Source of the DNA: Cercozoa sp. M6MM | Lineage: Eukaryota > Protista > Endomyxa: Ascetosporea | Strand: one strand, 5' to 3' | Assembly (NCBI GenBank): GCA_040357565.1 | Contig: JBDODJ010000001.1 | DNA: 64,000 nt | Shown here: positions 39,111-52,976 of the stretch, in pieces | Position numbering within the stretch: the stretch's first letter is position 1 | Layout of the letters: each line of letters begins with the position of its first letter | Notes under the pieces: generated by a model | The model's input: the letters and a program-made list of their open reading frames with translations, nothing else | Database searches by the model: none | Told to the model about the DNA's origin: nothing | Position numbers and translations under genes: made by a program

Positions 39111-42100
39111 TTACTTGATGCGCGTATGGCAGATCGACGATCTTGAGCGAGTGCTCTGTCACCTTAGTCACGAGGTTTGCAGAGATGTGAGAAGGCTGCT
39201 GCTTGATAGAAAGCAGAGGCGCTCGCTGCAGTGTGCTGCACTGCGGATACTTCTGAGAGACGACCGTCTCGACGAATGCTTGTTGGAAGGTAGTTGTTCG
39301 ATTCTTTCCCCGCCGCTTCTCTGCGTTATGTGTCATTTGCGCTGCTACACATAGCATACGGCAAGTACATTGACGACATCGTGCTGCCGATACTCGTGGG
39401 TGCGAACATGCCGAGTTCATCAGACAAGAACAAGTTCTCTGCTTCCGCAAAAATACATCTGGCCATGCAGCTCACGATGTGTCAGCTGCCACTTCGTGAT
39501 CTTCAGGTAGCATCGTCGTTGTGCTTGTCTTGTTTGTCAGTATCTGTAACTCTAGAAACTTTGTTCCGCAGAGACTGCTGACGAGTTTGTTTGAGGACGT
39601 GAAGAAGTACAACGCGCGTTGCCGTGAGATGGGCCGACCGGGGTCGAGTTTGATGCAACACTTTCGCAAGCAGGTCGACTCAGGCGTACTCAATCTCCTT
39701 CAAACGCGGCGAGTCGAGTCGGTCGCTTGTGTTTGCGTGCCAGCACTGCGTGTTCAGCTGCGCAACTTGCTGATGACTCGACTTGAAGACGATCTCTCCG
39801 ACAAAAATCGCCGCCGTCTGATTTCGTTTATGTTCAAAGTCGATGCCGTGTTTCTCAAATCCGGAATCCTGGGCGACGTCGCTTTGTCGAATGTTCCGTT
39901 TTTACGCTGCGAGATCAAGGAGTGTGCTTTGGTGTGGAAGGGCATTCAGCTCGCATGTTGCTTGGTACATTTTCAGCCTAAACTTGGCCTTTTTTGTATT
40001 TTTGATGTTCTGTGCAGGAGGACAAGTACAAGCAGTGTGTGTCGGCGTTTGGCGAGGCCTTCGCATTGTGTGCGATCATTAACAACAACTTTTTCGCTCA
40101 AGGAGTGCACGAGTGTGCCGTTCGAGTGCGTGCGCAGCCAAAGAGTTGCCGCAGCCTGTTTGGTCCAGTGCAGTCGACACTCGACATCGCCGACGTTGTG
40201 AGGCTTGCCTCACGCTGTGTCAAATTGTACAAGGACTTGCCGTCACTGGAAACGCTTGGTTTGGTCGCTGATTCGCGTACTGTTAACTTTTCTTTTTCTT
40301 CATTTGCCTTATTGTAGCCTTTCAATTTGCTCTGTTTCTCCCTTTCTAAGTTTAGGTCATTTACCATTTTACTTTTACTTTGTCGCTTATCGATTCACTT
40401 TCGGTTTGTCGACTTGCTTCATACTATCCCCTCTGCCTGAACTCCGTGCACAGTGACGCTGCTGACGACGTGTGGTGCCGTGGTGGCTGTCGTGGCACTT
40501 GGTGAGATCAAAACGCGCGGTGTTGGAGCGGCTGCGTTGTGGAAACGCTGCTGCGCGCAGGTGCCGTCTGTCGACAACTTCTCCTGCTTGGCGCAGTATC
40601 TGCACAAGTTTTCAGCAGAATTTGAAGTGAACAACCACTTGCTCGCAGTGCTATCACTTTCACGGGACTTGCAGTGGGCACGTGCGATGTTTGCGCGACT
40701 GGAGAAACGTCTGCCAGCTGAGCTGTGTTCCAAGTGGCACGATCTCTTTGCTTTTGTTGACAAGTTCGTGTCTCGTGTGCGCAGTCTTTGTTCCGAACTA
40801 CAACTGGAATTGCGTATACTGCCTTTCTTTGTTCCGTTTGCTGTAAAATCTGCACACATACAGCCGCAATCGAAACGGATCAAGTTGATGAATATGATAG
40901 CGACGACGGTTCCGACAGTGGTCACAGCACCAGTGACAGCACCAGTGACAGCCACAATGATAGCACCAGTGACAATGACAGCATCAGTGACAATGACAGC
41001 GCCAGTGATGATAGCGATGACAGCGACGACGAACGTGATGACACCAGCTGTCCTGATGTCAAACGCGACGCGACGGGTGGCATTGCCATCGATATCGCCA
41101 CTTTGAGCGAAAGTGACACCGAAACTGAGACTGAAACTGAGACCGAACTTGACGAGGAAAGCGTTAACGAGTTCGAAGCTCCGAGTCCTTCAATTGATCC
41201 GGCGGTCGACAAAAGGAAAGAAGACACTCTCGTCAATGAAGAGGACGTTGCTTCGGCGTTTGTCCCACAAGAACCCTTTCAGGACATCGAAAGTCGAGTG
41301 GTGTGTTCAAACTGTCTAGACAATGCTCATGCTGGCTGGCTTGATACGGTTGCTGTAGTTTTCAGAAATACCGTGCAGCTGGAGCTCAACTCAGTCAGAG
41401 TCGACTGCAATGTCTGCTGTCGTCTCAACATCACATGACTCGGACCACGTCAACACCGTGCTGGCGCGCATCAACGCCGATGTCGACCGCCTGTTTCTCG
41501 AGCTCGCGAGCGAGTGAGATGCTGCGTTGTGTTAGTTGCGTTGTACGCTATGTATTTAACGCTGCTGTCGCGGTGTGGTGCCAAAGTCGGGTCAATGCTC
41601 TTGTTTGAGAGGGTGCGGGAAATAGACCGACCATGTGCAGTCAAGCAAGCGTTTGTGCGCGGAAATTGCATTCTGACTACAACCTAAAGAAGGCCGAACG
41701 AGACGAAACAGGCGTCGTGCAAGGCGTGCAATGCACTACACGGCATTGACACGCTGATAGCCTTCACGGCAATGTCGAGCTTCGCTTTTTGATTGCCATG
41801 TACCTTTTCTCGTCTCTATGGCTCAGTCAATTGAAAAATATCCTTACGCTGCACAATACTGGAATTACAGGGCAATGACGCTTTCCTAAAGAGCGACGCT
41901 TCTCTCAAAAAGGTTGCTGTGAAATCTACATGTGCGACGCAAGCTGATGAAAGTGAAAGCGAAAGCGAAAGCGAAAGTGACAGTTCTGACAGTGAATTCA
42001 CCAAGAGCAGCGACAGTGACGGCAATGACAATAGCACTGATAACGAAAGAGAAAGCGAAGAGGATGTTTGGCACGAAACTGATTCTGACACCGAAACTGA

Positions 42101-42293
42101 TTCTGACACCGAAACTGATTCTGGCTCGGAAATGGACACCAAGACTGAAAGCGAGACAGAACTAGAAGCCGAAACTGAATGTGCTCACAAACAAAACCTA
42201 ATGGAGTTCAAGAGCAAAACCAACGACGCCGACTATGGTCGGGACGGGGGATACACAAGTCGGCAATCTGCTGAAGCAAGCATTGCGCTGTAA
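36733..42293 (+). CDS. Uncharacterised large multi-exon protein, tandem paralogue B
   Basis: WCDLDVKVLEACF, GILGDVALSNVPFLRCE and QCVSAFGEAF match paralogue A. Two acidic S/D/E/T tracts. The 3' end is approximate. Confidence 0.7.
39026..39110. repeat. (TG)n microsatellite in an intron
   Basis: Near-perfect TG run. Confidence 0.95.
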
Positions 42294-42599
42294 CAGTGAT
42301 TAGCTTTAGTCAACTGGTAGCTCGGCTTCGTTCTAGCTTCTTTCGACTCGGAGCTTGAGAATTGAGAGTCGGTGCGGCGGCCGGTGACTTATCAACAGTC
42401 CGTTCGGTCCCTTCGAATTCACTGTGCCGCATTCTCGGGCTGCGTGGCACTTGAGGCTTGCTGCAAGTGATAGAGATACAGTACTTGGTGTTTTATATTC
42501 AGATGCATCCACATGACATGCTGTACTGTACCTACGCTTCGTACCGTACGCGTGTTATCGCAATACACCAGCATTTTCAAGCGAAAACGGTGCAGCACT

Positions 42600-45500
42600 G
42601 CGGTGATTCAACTCTGTCAGCATAAGCGAATTAGACAGGCTCCACCCCGTTTCATGAAGGCGGAAACGAACCTTTTTCACTAATATTGATACAGAAGAAG
42701 GCCGCACGGTTCGTCTAGGGCAGGAGACAAATCGCATTGCATTGGCCAGACACTCCCCACGGACACTGAAGCTAGGCATAGAAATAAACTGCAGCGAGCA
42801 GAGTAGGTGCAGTGCGAGTACCACCGCTGTTCATGTTTGAACTAAGCCAATCGGGCACAAGTTGCTGCAGGTCTTGGGTTTGGTTGGATGCGTAGAGAGA
42901 TCGAGAACTTGGTAAGGTGTTCCCCTTCGGCACGGTATGATTTCCTTCGACATTGTCGACATTCGTCCAGCATGCAGCTGTCATGGCAACGGAAAGATAT
43001 ACAATCAATCCCACACAAAGTTTGCCACAAACGGCTCAATACCAAATGAAGGAGGAATGATGAAGTTGTTTTGAGACAGCGCTGGCACTGCAGTTTAACA
43101 AGAACGGTAACAGTACACATATACATGGGGAAGGTACTTGCGTGGCTTTCAGGAGTGGCGGTGTCGTTACGGCAGGGATTTTCATTTGCTCGCAAGTCTA
43201 TTGATGCCCAGCACAGCAAGTCAGCAAACACGGGCAGAAGCAGCAGTAGATACCGCGGTCTGTGTCCATCCACGGATAGTCTGCCTGATCTGGGACGGGT
43301 TTCACTTTTGGCTATCCAGTCAAAAATGAGAAGCATCTGTATGCACATGTATTTCAATTTTGGAAAGCACCTCGCGTTGGGCGTCAGGCAACTGAACAAC
43401 ATCACAGACGTTGGTTGGAGCACGCTCCCAGTCCTCTGTACATGTGCAGCCAACACAGTAAGTCACACGCACAGAAAGATGGCTGCCAAAACATCACGCA
43501 CCGCCGACTGATTCGGCGACACCCCATTGCGTCCCGCTGACACTTTCGCCAAACTGCAAGCAGCAAAGAATTAACTACAGATTTGGAAAGCTACAAGGTG
43601 AAATTTAAGCACCGCATGTGTCACTGTTGTGCCGCTGACCTCTGACGCGCATGTACAACATGTATTGCCACCCGCGCATCGGTAAGATCTGCACGGGTAT
43701 GGCATACACACATATACACATACACCCCAAACCACACTCAAGCACACCGCACAAACAAACACACACACAAACACACACACACAAGCAGTTACACACACAC
43801 ACACACACGCGCGCACGCACGCAGATACACGACATACCGAGAGGGGCACAGCCACTCGTGTCGGCGGGAGCCTCTACACACGCACCACACCATATCGATG
43901 CGATCAGTTTAGTGACATGCCGAACCATTCTCCGTCGTCTCGGCGACATATGCATCGCGGCACAAAGAACTACACAACACCGTCGTGACAAGACACCAAC
44001 GAAGAGCAAGTGGATGGATGAGATCACAAGCGTACATGAAAGTCAACATTTCTTGCACCGTTCTACGGCAAAGTGGCCGTGGATCCAACAACCCGTCGAG
44101 AGCATGGATCAGCTCAGGCGCGAGCTTCTCGGCTTTGCTCAGGCTTGCATGCGAAATCGTGTAGCGCCATGACCATTTCTTTTTCACCGAAACCTGCACC
44201 GCGCATATGCCAAAACAGATACAAACACTCGGGTTGTATGCATAAGGACAAGGATACCCCGGTGTCTGTGAGCAGCAAGCGTGCCCAGAGTGGCACTTGC
44301 ACGTCCTCACACCGGCGCAATTCTTCAAGTTGCTTGTCTGTGCGTGTATAAATTTACACTTTTGTAAATGCTTGGGTAACAATCACCATCGATATCACAC
44401 TTACACAAGTAAAAGTACCGTCATCCAGCAATTCCACAAAACCACCGCAGTGATTGCCCTTGACACCAAACACCATCGAACGGAGAACCGCGCCTGCATT
44501 CAATTTCAACCATCATAAACCTATTCTGCATGTGCGTGTGCCGTGCATACCAAGTGAAAATGCAGAACGCATGCCGAGTGTCGCAGATTCTGGTGCACTG
44601 TATCCCGGCGTGAAGCCTGTTGAAACACACGGCATGTCATCATTAAAACACAAAAAGTGCATTTAAAAGTACACGGGAGCTGCGAATGCGACGATGCCGG
44701 GCGCCGAAGATCTTTCAGCAATGAAAGCAACTTCTCTTCTTTGCCGGTGCTGAACTCGGACCATAAACCGAATGGTAAATGAACACGCAGGAGAGAGGAT
44801 AGACATTGTACTCAAGCTCCAGACGGACTTTCCGTATCTTATGCATAAAAGCACGTGCGTTCTCCGCATTGGTGGCCAACTGTTGAGCTGCTTCGCATCC
44901 CTGTAAACACCACAACAGGTACGGTGCAGCTTCAATGCTTATACTGCATGCACAATAACTTACCTGTGGATGCATGCGAGACCGGCCGGACAGCGACGCT
45001 TCACCGTAATCTATCAGTGTTGCGAAAACGACGCCCGGTTCTGACTGCAGACATAGTTAGAGTCAGCGTGCTTGCAGAGTCATATTGAGACACTGCAGAT
45101 ATATACCTCACAGCAGAGGTCGAACAGTTCGTTCAGAGATCTGCATCTTTCAATGCAATCGCAGACAGAATCGTCCTTCGACGAAAACATGACGTTGCCA
45201 GGAGCGATGTCATTGTGCAACAATTTGTTGGCGTTCAGGCGTGCCACCAATTCGCAAAGCGGCGTCATAAGCGTAGTAGTTGCTTTGACTGCCTTCTCCA
45301 AATCTTGGTTGCTAACTACAAATCACATAACAATTACATAAATTTACATACTCTACAGAGACTAAAATTGATACAAGGAAGAACCCGAGACTGTACCAAA
45401 CGGTTTCGTGTAGCAAAGCAGTTGCTGCAATGAACGACCACGAACGTGTTCTATGGCTATTGCCGTATCGGTTCCAGTTGCTGTGCTCGTCTCAATGTCC

Positions 45501-46415
45501 GTGCAATCGTCAAAAAATCTAATGGACTCAGACTCAATGCTATTCTGTCAACAGGAAACAGGTCGTATGTAAGACAACAACGTAACAGCTAACTGCAAGT
45601 GTACCTTTTGCTGAAGAAAGGCCCGACGTGCCTCTAAATCATCAGGTGGCAATGCACCGGTCTTCAACACAGGCACGGCGCAAACGCCAGAAACCGTGTG
45701 TTTCCTGTAATTTAATACAACACCACAAGCCGCAAATCGAAAACAACAACAACAAGAGTTTGCACGCACGCAACAGTTGCTTTACCAAAGATCGACAGAC
45801 GACAGCTGCGCGGCGGCTTTTGTTGCCTCTAATTCAAACTTCAAGGTTTCTGACGCTCGAGTAGCCGCCTCGGAGAGCTCGCGGTTCCTACAATACAGCA
45901 TTGCACATTTCGATAAACCCAAGTGACTGTACAGTACAAACACTTATTGCACGAGGAAAAATACCATTGTTTTTTGGCGTCTTTGATTTTGTCGAACCAG
46001 TCATCCACATGCTGTGCGCCGCTTGTGGCTTTTTTGATAAGCTTGCGCATTTGGGCGGCTGGAACGTTGTCGGCTACGGCATCGCGCATTTTTTGCACGC
46101 GCCGCACTGCATCGTCGGCCGTTTTGACCATCGCCTCTCGCATGAGGGCTAGCTTGGCTTCGTTGACTCTGCCAAACCAAAAGTCACGCAACGAGCACAC
46201 AGCACATTCTCAAAGAAACAAAGGTACTCGCAAACGTGGTTCTGTGCGAAGCGTACATTGGGCGATTTAGAATGCAAGGTGTGTCGTTCACTACACAAGC
46301 AGAGGTCAGTCACAGTAATTGTTAGTCGTGAGAGTACAAGCATGCCTTCACAGGAGCGCAGTAGCGCTGATCGACGTTCTTCGTCGATTTCCCGAGGGTC
46401 AGCACTGACGTTCAT
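42600..46415 (-). CDS. Atypical protein kinase-like gene, paralogue 1 (possibly a pseudokinase)
   Basis: LLHNDIAPGNVMF catalytic loop, LIDYGEA, GFTPGYSAPE. Homologous to 60185-64000. The 3' end is approximate. Confidence 0.7.
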
Positions 46416-47169
46416 GTCGCAGGTTTGACTTTGAGTAATCCTCTAGCCAACAGAACACTTTGACTATCATATTTTCACCACAAACCGCCACAAAAGTTTC
46501 ACAACAAAACCACAAACCTCAGCCTGTATCGCTCGGAGGAACAGGGAAGTGCTCAAGTGTTCAACTTGTTCAGCAGATGCTCTAACAACAGTCTAAAACT
46601 GATTGAGTGCGGTTTGGGCGCGCTTGTGCCGATTTTGTGGCCACGACTTGATTTTAAAACGCATGCCAATTTCTCGCTGTGCTGGCCACTAGGACACATG
46701 GGACACACAATTCCGTGTGCAGTCTACTGCATCACGGCCTCTGATGAACTCATGCGGCGATCAGAGAAGCCCAGAGCTGCCAAAGGCGCGAAAGTTGAGC
46801 GAGCGATCAGTCCGGCCACCCAGACACTCCGAACACTGGGCGCCGCGGTTCTCGGAGCTCGAACTCGCAACACACTGCATATGAGCAAATTTGAATAAAC
46901 TTTCCGTAATGCTACATAGTAATAGTATGTATTGGTGCCATCTGAAACTCTAACTACGGCAGGCAGGCATGCAAACGAGTAGCCATCCGTATTGTTCGGC
47001 TGGCTTTGACAAGCCGATCACCGTGTGATCTACTCTTAGATTTATGTAATGTATGCAATCGCCGTGAAGTCAAAACCATGGAAAAACGCTGCTGTTGACA
47101 TCAGTTGGTTTCGAGATTTTAGATTTCCTCAATTTGCAACATATCTTTGTTTCGTTGTCCGCTGTGGAA

Positions 47170-49348
47170 ATGGGGTGTGCAGCCTCTGAACAGGCAGTTC
47201 CAGCTGCCCCTGCTATGCCAGAACGTCGTTCAAACAAGGTGGAAGAAACCTCGCATGGAGACGAGCCAGAAGAAACCTCGCATGTGCTTGCGCCGGAGCC
47301 TGCCTTTGAGGAAGACGCAGCTGAATGGGGAGATAGTGCAGGTGCTGATGAAGACTGGGAAGTTTGCAGTGCGGCACCTGACGTCGTTGAACGAATTCTG
47401 AATGAGCCCCCTCCTGAAGATCTCTATGGCGATGGAGTTGGCGTGTCTGAGGAAGCTCCTATGGATGACAGTGATATCGATGAGCAGTTCAAAGTCGTCT
47501 ATCGTTATGGCAAAATGGTCTCGAGAAAGACGGTTGCTTACAAGCCATCGTGGGCAGAGAGCGCTCGAATTGTAAAGCTTGTTGTAGAATGTCTGTTCCG
47601 CCATTCCGTCCACAAACAACTGTTCTGCGGGTAGGTTGAAGAGCAAACAACAGCAACCATGGAAGTAGAACGTGCCTTTGGCTACAATGGACGTACAATC
47701 TGCGGGAACGGAAAGTATGTCGACGGTGGCATTCACTACGCACTTGCTGCATTAAGCATCATTGAAGACAATGGAGAGCAAATCATCTTATCCAACCACG
47801 ATGACGATACAAACTGCACGGCTGTTGACCCTCAAACGAGACGTCGCTTCGCAACGGGACAGATGGCGCACGCAGAACAAGACGGCTCAAAGCACTCTTT
47901 TGTCTGTGTTTTTGACAAGAAAGAGGGTGAAGACACCTGGGCTTGCACGGGAAAGCTCAGCTTTGATGCCGTACCTTTCCTTGAGTTCAATTAAACGACT
48001 GTTCTTTTAGCACATTTTTGCATGTCTGCCAACTTATGATTGTACAGGAGTGCCAAGGAGTCGCAGTGGCAGGTGACTGGGTGGCAAACGTGACCCGAGA
48101 TGACGACAAGTGCACGCTGCACGTGCAAAAGGTCTCCACGACGGGCTCCGAGGAAGTGATCCAGCACCCCTCGATTGAGCTTGGACGAACCGAAGTGCTT
48201 GGTGCTACTGCTGCCATGAAGAACGACCGGCTTTACTTGGTCACTTATGGAAAGAAGCATCTTGCGTTGCACCAGTTTGACGATTCTGGCTTTCGTGGAA
48301 CGACCAAAGTCGACATCTTTGGAGCGACCAAGTTCCTTGAGAAAGCGTATGTTTTTGTTTTTGGGCTGTGGGCTATAGTATGTAAGTTTGACGCTTGTCT
48401 TGTCGCAATCGTCAGATACATTACTTGCATCGTATCCTGGCAAAATGATTCGCCTTACTTCTTCGTCGGTGCTAGCTCCGGCGGCGTCTACATGATCTCT
48501 TCCTCTGCGATGCTTGTTGCTCGCAATCGTGCCTTTAAAGGAAGACGTAGCGCGTGTGGTGCCCTTTGCGACTTTACTGACAATTCAGGCAAGAGCTTTA
48601 TCCTCGCTGGCTCGGATAATGGCAGCGTTGCCATGCTGGAGGCGAGTGCTCGCAGTTTTCAAGTGGTGAAGACCTGGGACGTAGCTTCGGAACTGGGAGA
48701 AGTCTCGCATTTGGTAGGTCCCTCCGACAGCAAGTTTCGCGTGCGTTCTCTTGATGGTATTTCCTTTGACTTTTGATGCGTTCCACAGTCATTGAAACTT
48801 TACCGTGGGTACGCTGAGCAGTCGATCAACATCAGTCTCCTACGAAACTGCTCTGTGGGTTGTATCAGAATTCCTTGGTCGAACTGACACTCTCTGCTTT
48901 CGCGGAAGACACCGAGAAGGCCGAGTCCCATCCGCGCCTTGTTGCTGTAGGACACGGGATGTACACGTACGGCGTCGCTTGTGATCCGAACAGTTCAGGC
49001 TTTGTCAGTTGTGGCTCGGACGGAAGCTTGTTGGTTTACGACTTGGACGGAGGCGTTGTTCCTGTCGCTCGCGTGGATCCACTCAGTGAAGAGCAGCGAA
49101 AGCTCAAAGGCAAGAAACGGGTTGAATTACAGCAGGTCGACATATCGCCAAATGGTGGGCTCTTGGCGGTAGGAGCAAGCGATGGCACCTGCATTCTGTT
49201 CGACTTCCCAAGTCTGACTGAACGAGACCGAGTCACTGTCGCACAAAGCTCCTACGTTGAGGCAGTGGGAGTCATGCGATTCTCTCCAGATTCTCAACTG
49301 TTGGCGGTCGGAAGGTACGCCACACACACACACACACACACACACACG

Positions 49349-49433
<85 letters not shown>

Positions 49434-50412
49434 GACCAACTATACACGCACCCACACACGCCCACACATACGCACACACACGCACATGCACACAAGGATG
49501 AGACCTAATTTGCACAACAGTTATGACCAGCACCTACATATCTACAACGGTAATACTGGTTCAAGTTTTTTGAGTTTTCGGAGACTGAAACATTACCTGG
49601 ACCTATTTTCAGTACATGGCGGAAAACTAGAGCTGGTGTCGAAACCACTGTACGGTCATACATCGTCGGTGCTACAACTGCAATGGTCGCAGGACTCGAA
49701 GACTATACTTACGAATTCTCGAGGTAAACTTATACTTGCCGCCAAGAAGTGAGCTGGCAACTGTAAGAAATCAAAACACTGTCTTGTTTAGACTACGAGG
49801 CGTTGTATTGGAGTGTCGAGGGCGAACCAAGTCGAATCAAAAAAATGACACTCGACCTTGTCGACACCAAGTGGCAGACATGGGTAAATAGATACAAGAC
49901 ATATATGTAGACTAAACATTTTACACCAGATGGATATATATATATATATATTTACTGTGCCTTGGCAGAGCAATGTACTCGGCTGGCCGGTGCAAGGCAT
50001 CCAAGCACCCGGAATGGATGTGGGTTGTTTTTAATCTGTCCCCAGTACAAGTTTATACTCGGTTGGTGTTTTATATCATCAGGGCACAGACGTGAACTGT
50101 GTGGCGCGGAATAACTCGTCTACATTGTTGGCAACAGGTGACGATTTTGGTGCCGTTACGCTGCTACCCTGGCCGGCATTATCATACGACACGGCGCGTC
50201 CGTACCATGGTGAGCGCGCGTGGCTATGTGAATACGGGTTGAGTGGATACTGTACTTTGATACTGATGTTGTGTAAGCCAGGTTGCCACTCCTCGCACGT
50301 TATGGACGTGGCCTGGACCAGTTGCAACAAAGACGACTGCGAGCGTCTTCTTTCCACAGGATCGAACGACTACTCCGTTCTGTGCTGGCGCGTCGTTGAA
50401 CAAGAAGCTTGA
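47170..50412 (+). CDS. EML (echinoderm microtubule-associated protein-like) WD40 protein
   Basis: HELP-like MEVERAFGYNGRTICGN, RFATGQ, GHTSSVLQLQWSQDS, DYEALYW, VLGWPVQGI..DGTDVNCV, LLATGDDFG, HSSHVMDV, LSTGSNDYSVLCWRV. N-terminus MGCAAS. Confidence 0.88.
49321..49430. repeat. (CA)n microsatellite in an EML intron
   Basis: Near-perfect CA run of about 110 bp. Confidence 0.95.
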
Positions 50413-50815
50413 ATCGAACTGTGAACTCAAGTCAAGAAGAGGAGTTATTCTCTGGGGCTTGGTGACCGCCGAACTGAAGGCTCCAATACAAGGAGCGTTT
50501 CTGGCCAAAACCTCGGCCAATGGCTTTGGCTGGATTGTTGTTGTTAAACCGCGTCGCCGCGCCAATGGTTTCCGGTGTGGCAAAATAACAGAACGTCTGT
50601 ACTACAGTAAACCACTCGCCTTGAGATCGGTCATGATCAAGCTCAGTTTTCGGAGAATTCTCGGCGTTTCGTATTTCCGGTTGTTTAGCCGAACTTCAGT
50701 TTACGTTGCAATTCCTGAGAACGAGAGGCTTCCTCCGAGAACCAAGCACTCGCAGCACTGTAGCGAAGGATGAGGTGCCAGCCCTGAGATTCAAACAGAA
50801 TTCACCATCATCGAT

Positions 50816-52365
50816 ATGTTTGTTCCACACAGTCACGAACGCGAGGAGCTGAACAATCCAGACAGTCCCCGAAGCGAGCACCTTGGCCTACAACAGGAAA
50901 ACGTTGCTCCTGTGATTGGATCTGATGGTGCACCCTACTTTAGTGTTCTCTTACTGCATACTTGGATTTATGCAGAAGGGGATGTTGAAAGCGAACAGTT
51001 GGAGCAAGCGCCGGCAGCGTCTCAAGAGCGCGAAGTTACCTTGTGGGAAAAGGCACGCGCTGAGTTTATCGGCACCTACATCTTCGTGTTGATCATCGTT
51101 GGCGTTGGGTACGCCTCGTTGTTGAGCGGAGGAATATCGCCGCTCGACGGGGCCATCGTGATTGGCCTGACGCTGGCTCTTGTGATCTACCTTATCGGGC
51201 CTATTAGTGGCGGCCACGTGAATCCTGCAGTGACTTTCGCGTTCTTTGTGTACATAACTCAAATCCATCGTGCATATTCACTTGAGAGTTTATGCGGGAC
51301 GATGTGCGAAGGATGCGTCCCGAATTCCGCAAGCGTCAGTTCTTGTTCTACATCACAGCGCAGGTGTTGGGCGCCTTCTTTGCCGCCTGGACTGTGCATT
51401 CCTTGTGGTTCCGCGTTCTGGACGACTTCGAGGTCGGTCGTTGCCTATGCTGGACGACTTTGAGAAAAACTAAATTTGTTGTTGTTGTAGGACAACAACG
51501 GCTACGAGCGGAGCAAGGACGGTGGTGAGAACAGCGTGGGGGTCTTGTTGCCGCAGACACCGGCGAACTTGGCGCTGCTGAGCAAGAACATTCCCGTGAT
51601 TGAGGGCTTCTTCGTCGAGCTGCTCGGCACTGCAATCTTCTTGTTGGTTATTGTGTCGGTGACGAACTCGCGCAACCCGGTGGCAGGCGCTTCCCTCGCG
51701 CCGCTTTGGATTGGCCTTACAATCACAGTGCAGGCACTGTGCTTTGGAGCACTCAGTGGCTTCTCGATCAACCCTGCGCGTGACTTTGGTGCACGTCTCG
51801 TTGCGCTTATCGTGGGCTTTGAGGAGCACGCCTTCCCGGGTCGCCGAGACGACATGTGGGTCTACTGGGTCGGTCCCCTCGTTGGCGGTGTCATTGGTGT
51901 CGCTATCTACGACTACTTCCTCGCTTCTGCCATCGACAAACTGTACTATAGCTTGCTTTCTTAGGCAAAATTAATAGATAATGGCATGTCGTGTGTGCAC
52001 ATAGCCCGGCACCGCCCGGCGAGGAAGAAGTCGAAGGCGGCACGAAACGCGAGCGTCGCAAGACAGTAAAACTACCGCGCATCTCAACAATCGTCCCCTG
52101 GCTTTCACTAATTTGTGCTGTAGCTCTTCGCAATCTACGGCAACGCGGAGAGTCAACAAAAGAGCCACCGCGAGCGACTGATGGGTACTGTAGTTTTAGA
52201 ACTATCGCTGTCTATGGATGTACATGACGGTGCGTGCTTGAAGGAATGATGGGAGGTGCACGCGACGCGGTCACAGGGCGAGTGCACAATATGATGGGAC
52301 GATTCGGCCTTGGACGCGGCGGAGGCAACCAACCGGCCACCAGCGAGGCCGCTGAACGTGTGTAG
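50816..52365 (+). CDS. Aquaglyceroporin (MIP family)
   Basis: AEFIGT, ISGGHVNPAVT, ELLGTA, GFSINPARDFGARL, WVYWVGPLVG. The Asp after the second NPA is the GlpF-type signature. Start approximate. Confidence 0.92.
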
Positions 52366-52761
52366 CGACTCGGGGAAGAACTGACAATCGTTACACGAAT
52401 TGAAGTGATTCAAGTCGGCGATGCTGTGACCGAAATGATAGTGCGTCCGACGCGAGAAAATGACTTATCAGTATTACTACGTATACAGTACGCGTGCTAG
52501 CATTAACTTGAGACAACGGAACCTCACGGCCGGGGGCGGTACTCCGCTCGACTGGGAACGACCGTCGACACGCGTCGGGCTCCCGACATCGTAAGCGCGA
52601 GCATTCATCATATAGACGAATGTGAGAGTCATGGGAAACGAGAAATTGATCCCGGGTGACATTCAGTGTTTTCAGCGGTAACCCACTGGGTGCGCAAAAC
52701 CGGCTCTAGATAATTGGTACCAATGAACACCAAAATCTAGTCCTAGAACAACCTACTGTTA

Positions 52762-52818
52762 TTGAGTCTGAGACGAAGCCAACGCAACTAAGTAGTTCCA
52801 CTGCGCCAGTCCGGGGTG
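52762..52818 (-). repeat. Diverged third copy of the short dispersed repeat
   Basis: CAACTAAGTAGTTCCACTGCGCCAGTCCGGGGTG versus CAACTATGTAGTTCCCCTGCACCAGTCTGGGGTG at 12498-12531, plus a shared TTGAGTCT. No target-site duplication seen. Confidence 0.6.
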
Positions 52819-52976
52819 CAAAGCTGCCTACACTAAGTTGGCTTACATGAGTGCTACAGCTAGCCCCAGCCAGAGCACAGCAGTCAATTACGTACTACAA
52901 ACTGACGCAAACCTGACGTGATCACTTCCAGCCATACTCACATCGCATGCATGCGATCAGCGTGCCATGCGCAGGC

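Noticed and set aside
46741-46795. CTGATGA...GAAA hammerhead ribozyme core
   Set aside because: No stem II pairing between the two core elements.
49127-49533. Poly-CV / poly-HT proteins in the ORF track
   Set aside because: They are translations of intronic (CA/TG)n microsatellites.
52942-52957. 16-bp palindrome ATCGCATGCATGCGAT
   Set aside because: Single, low-complexity (GCAT repeats), next to a gap, with no supporting context.
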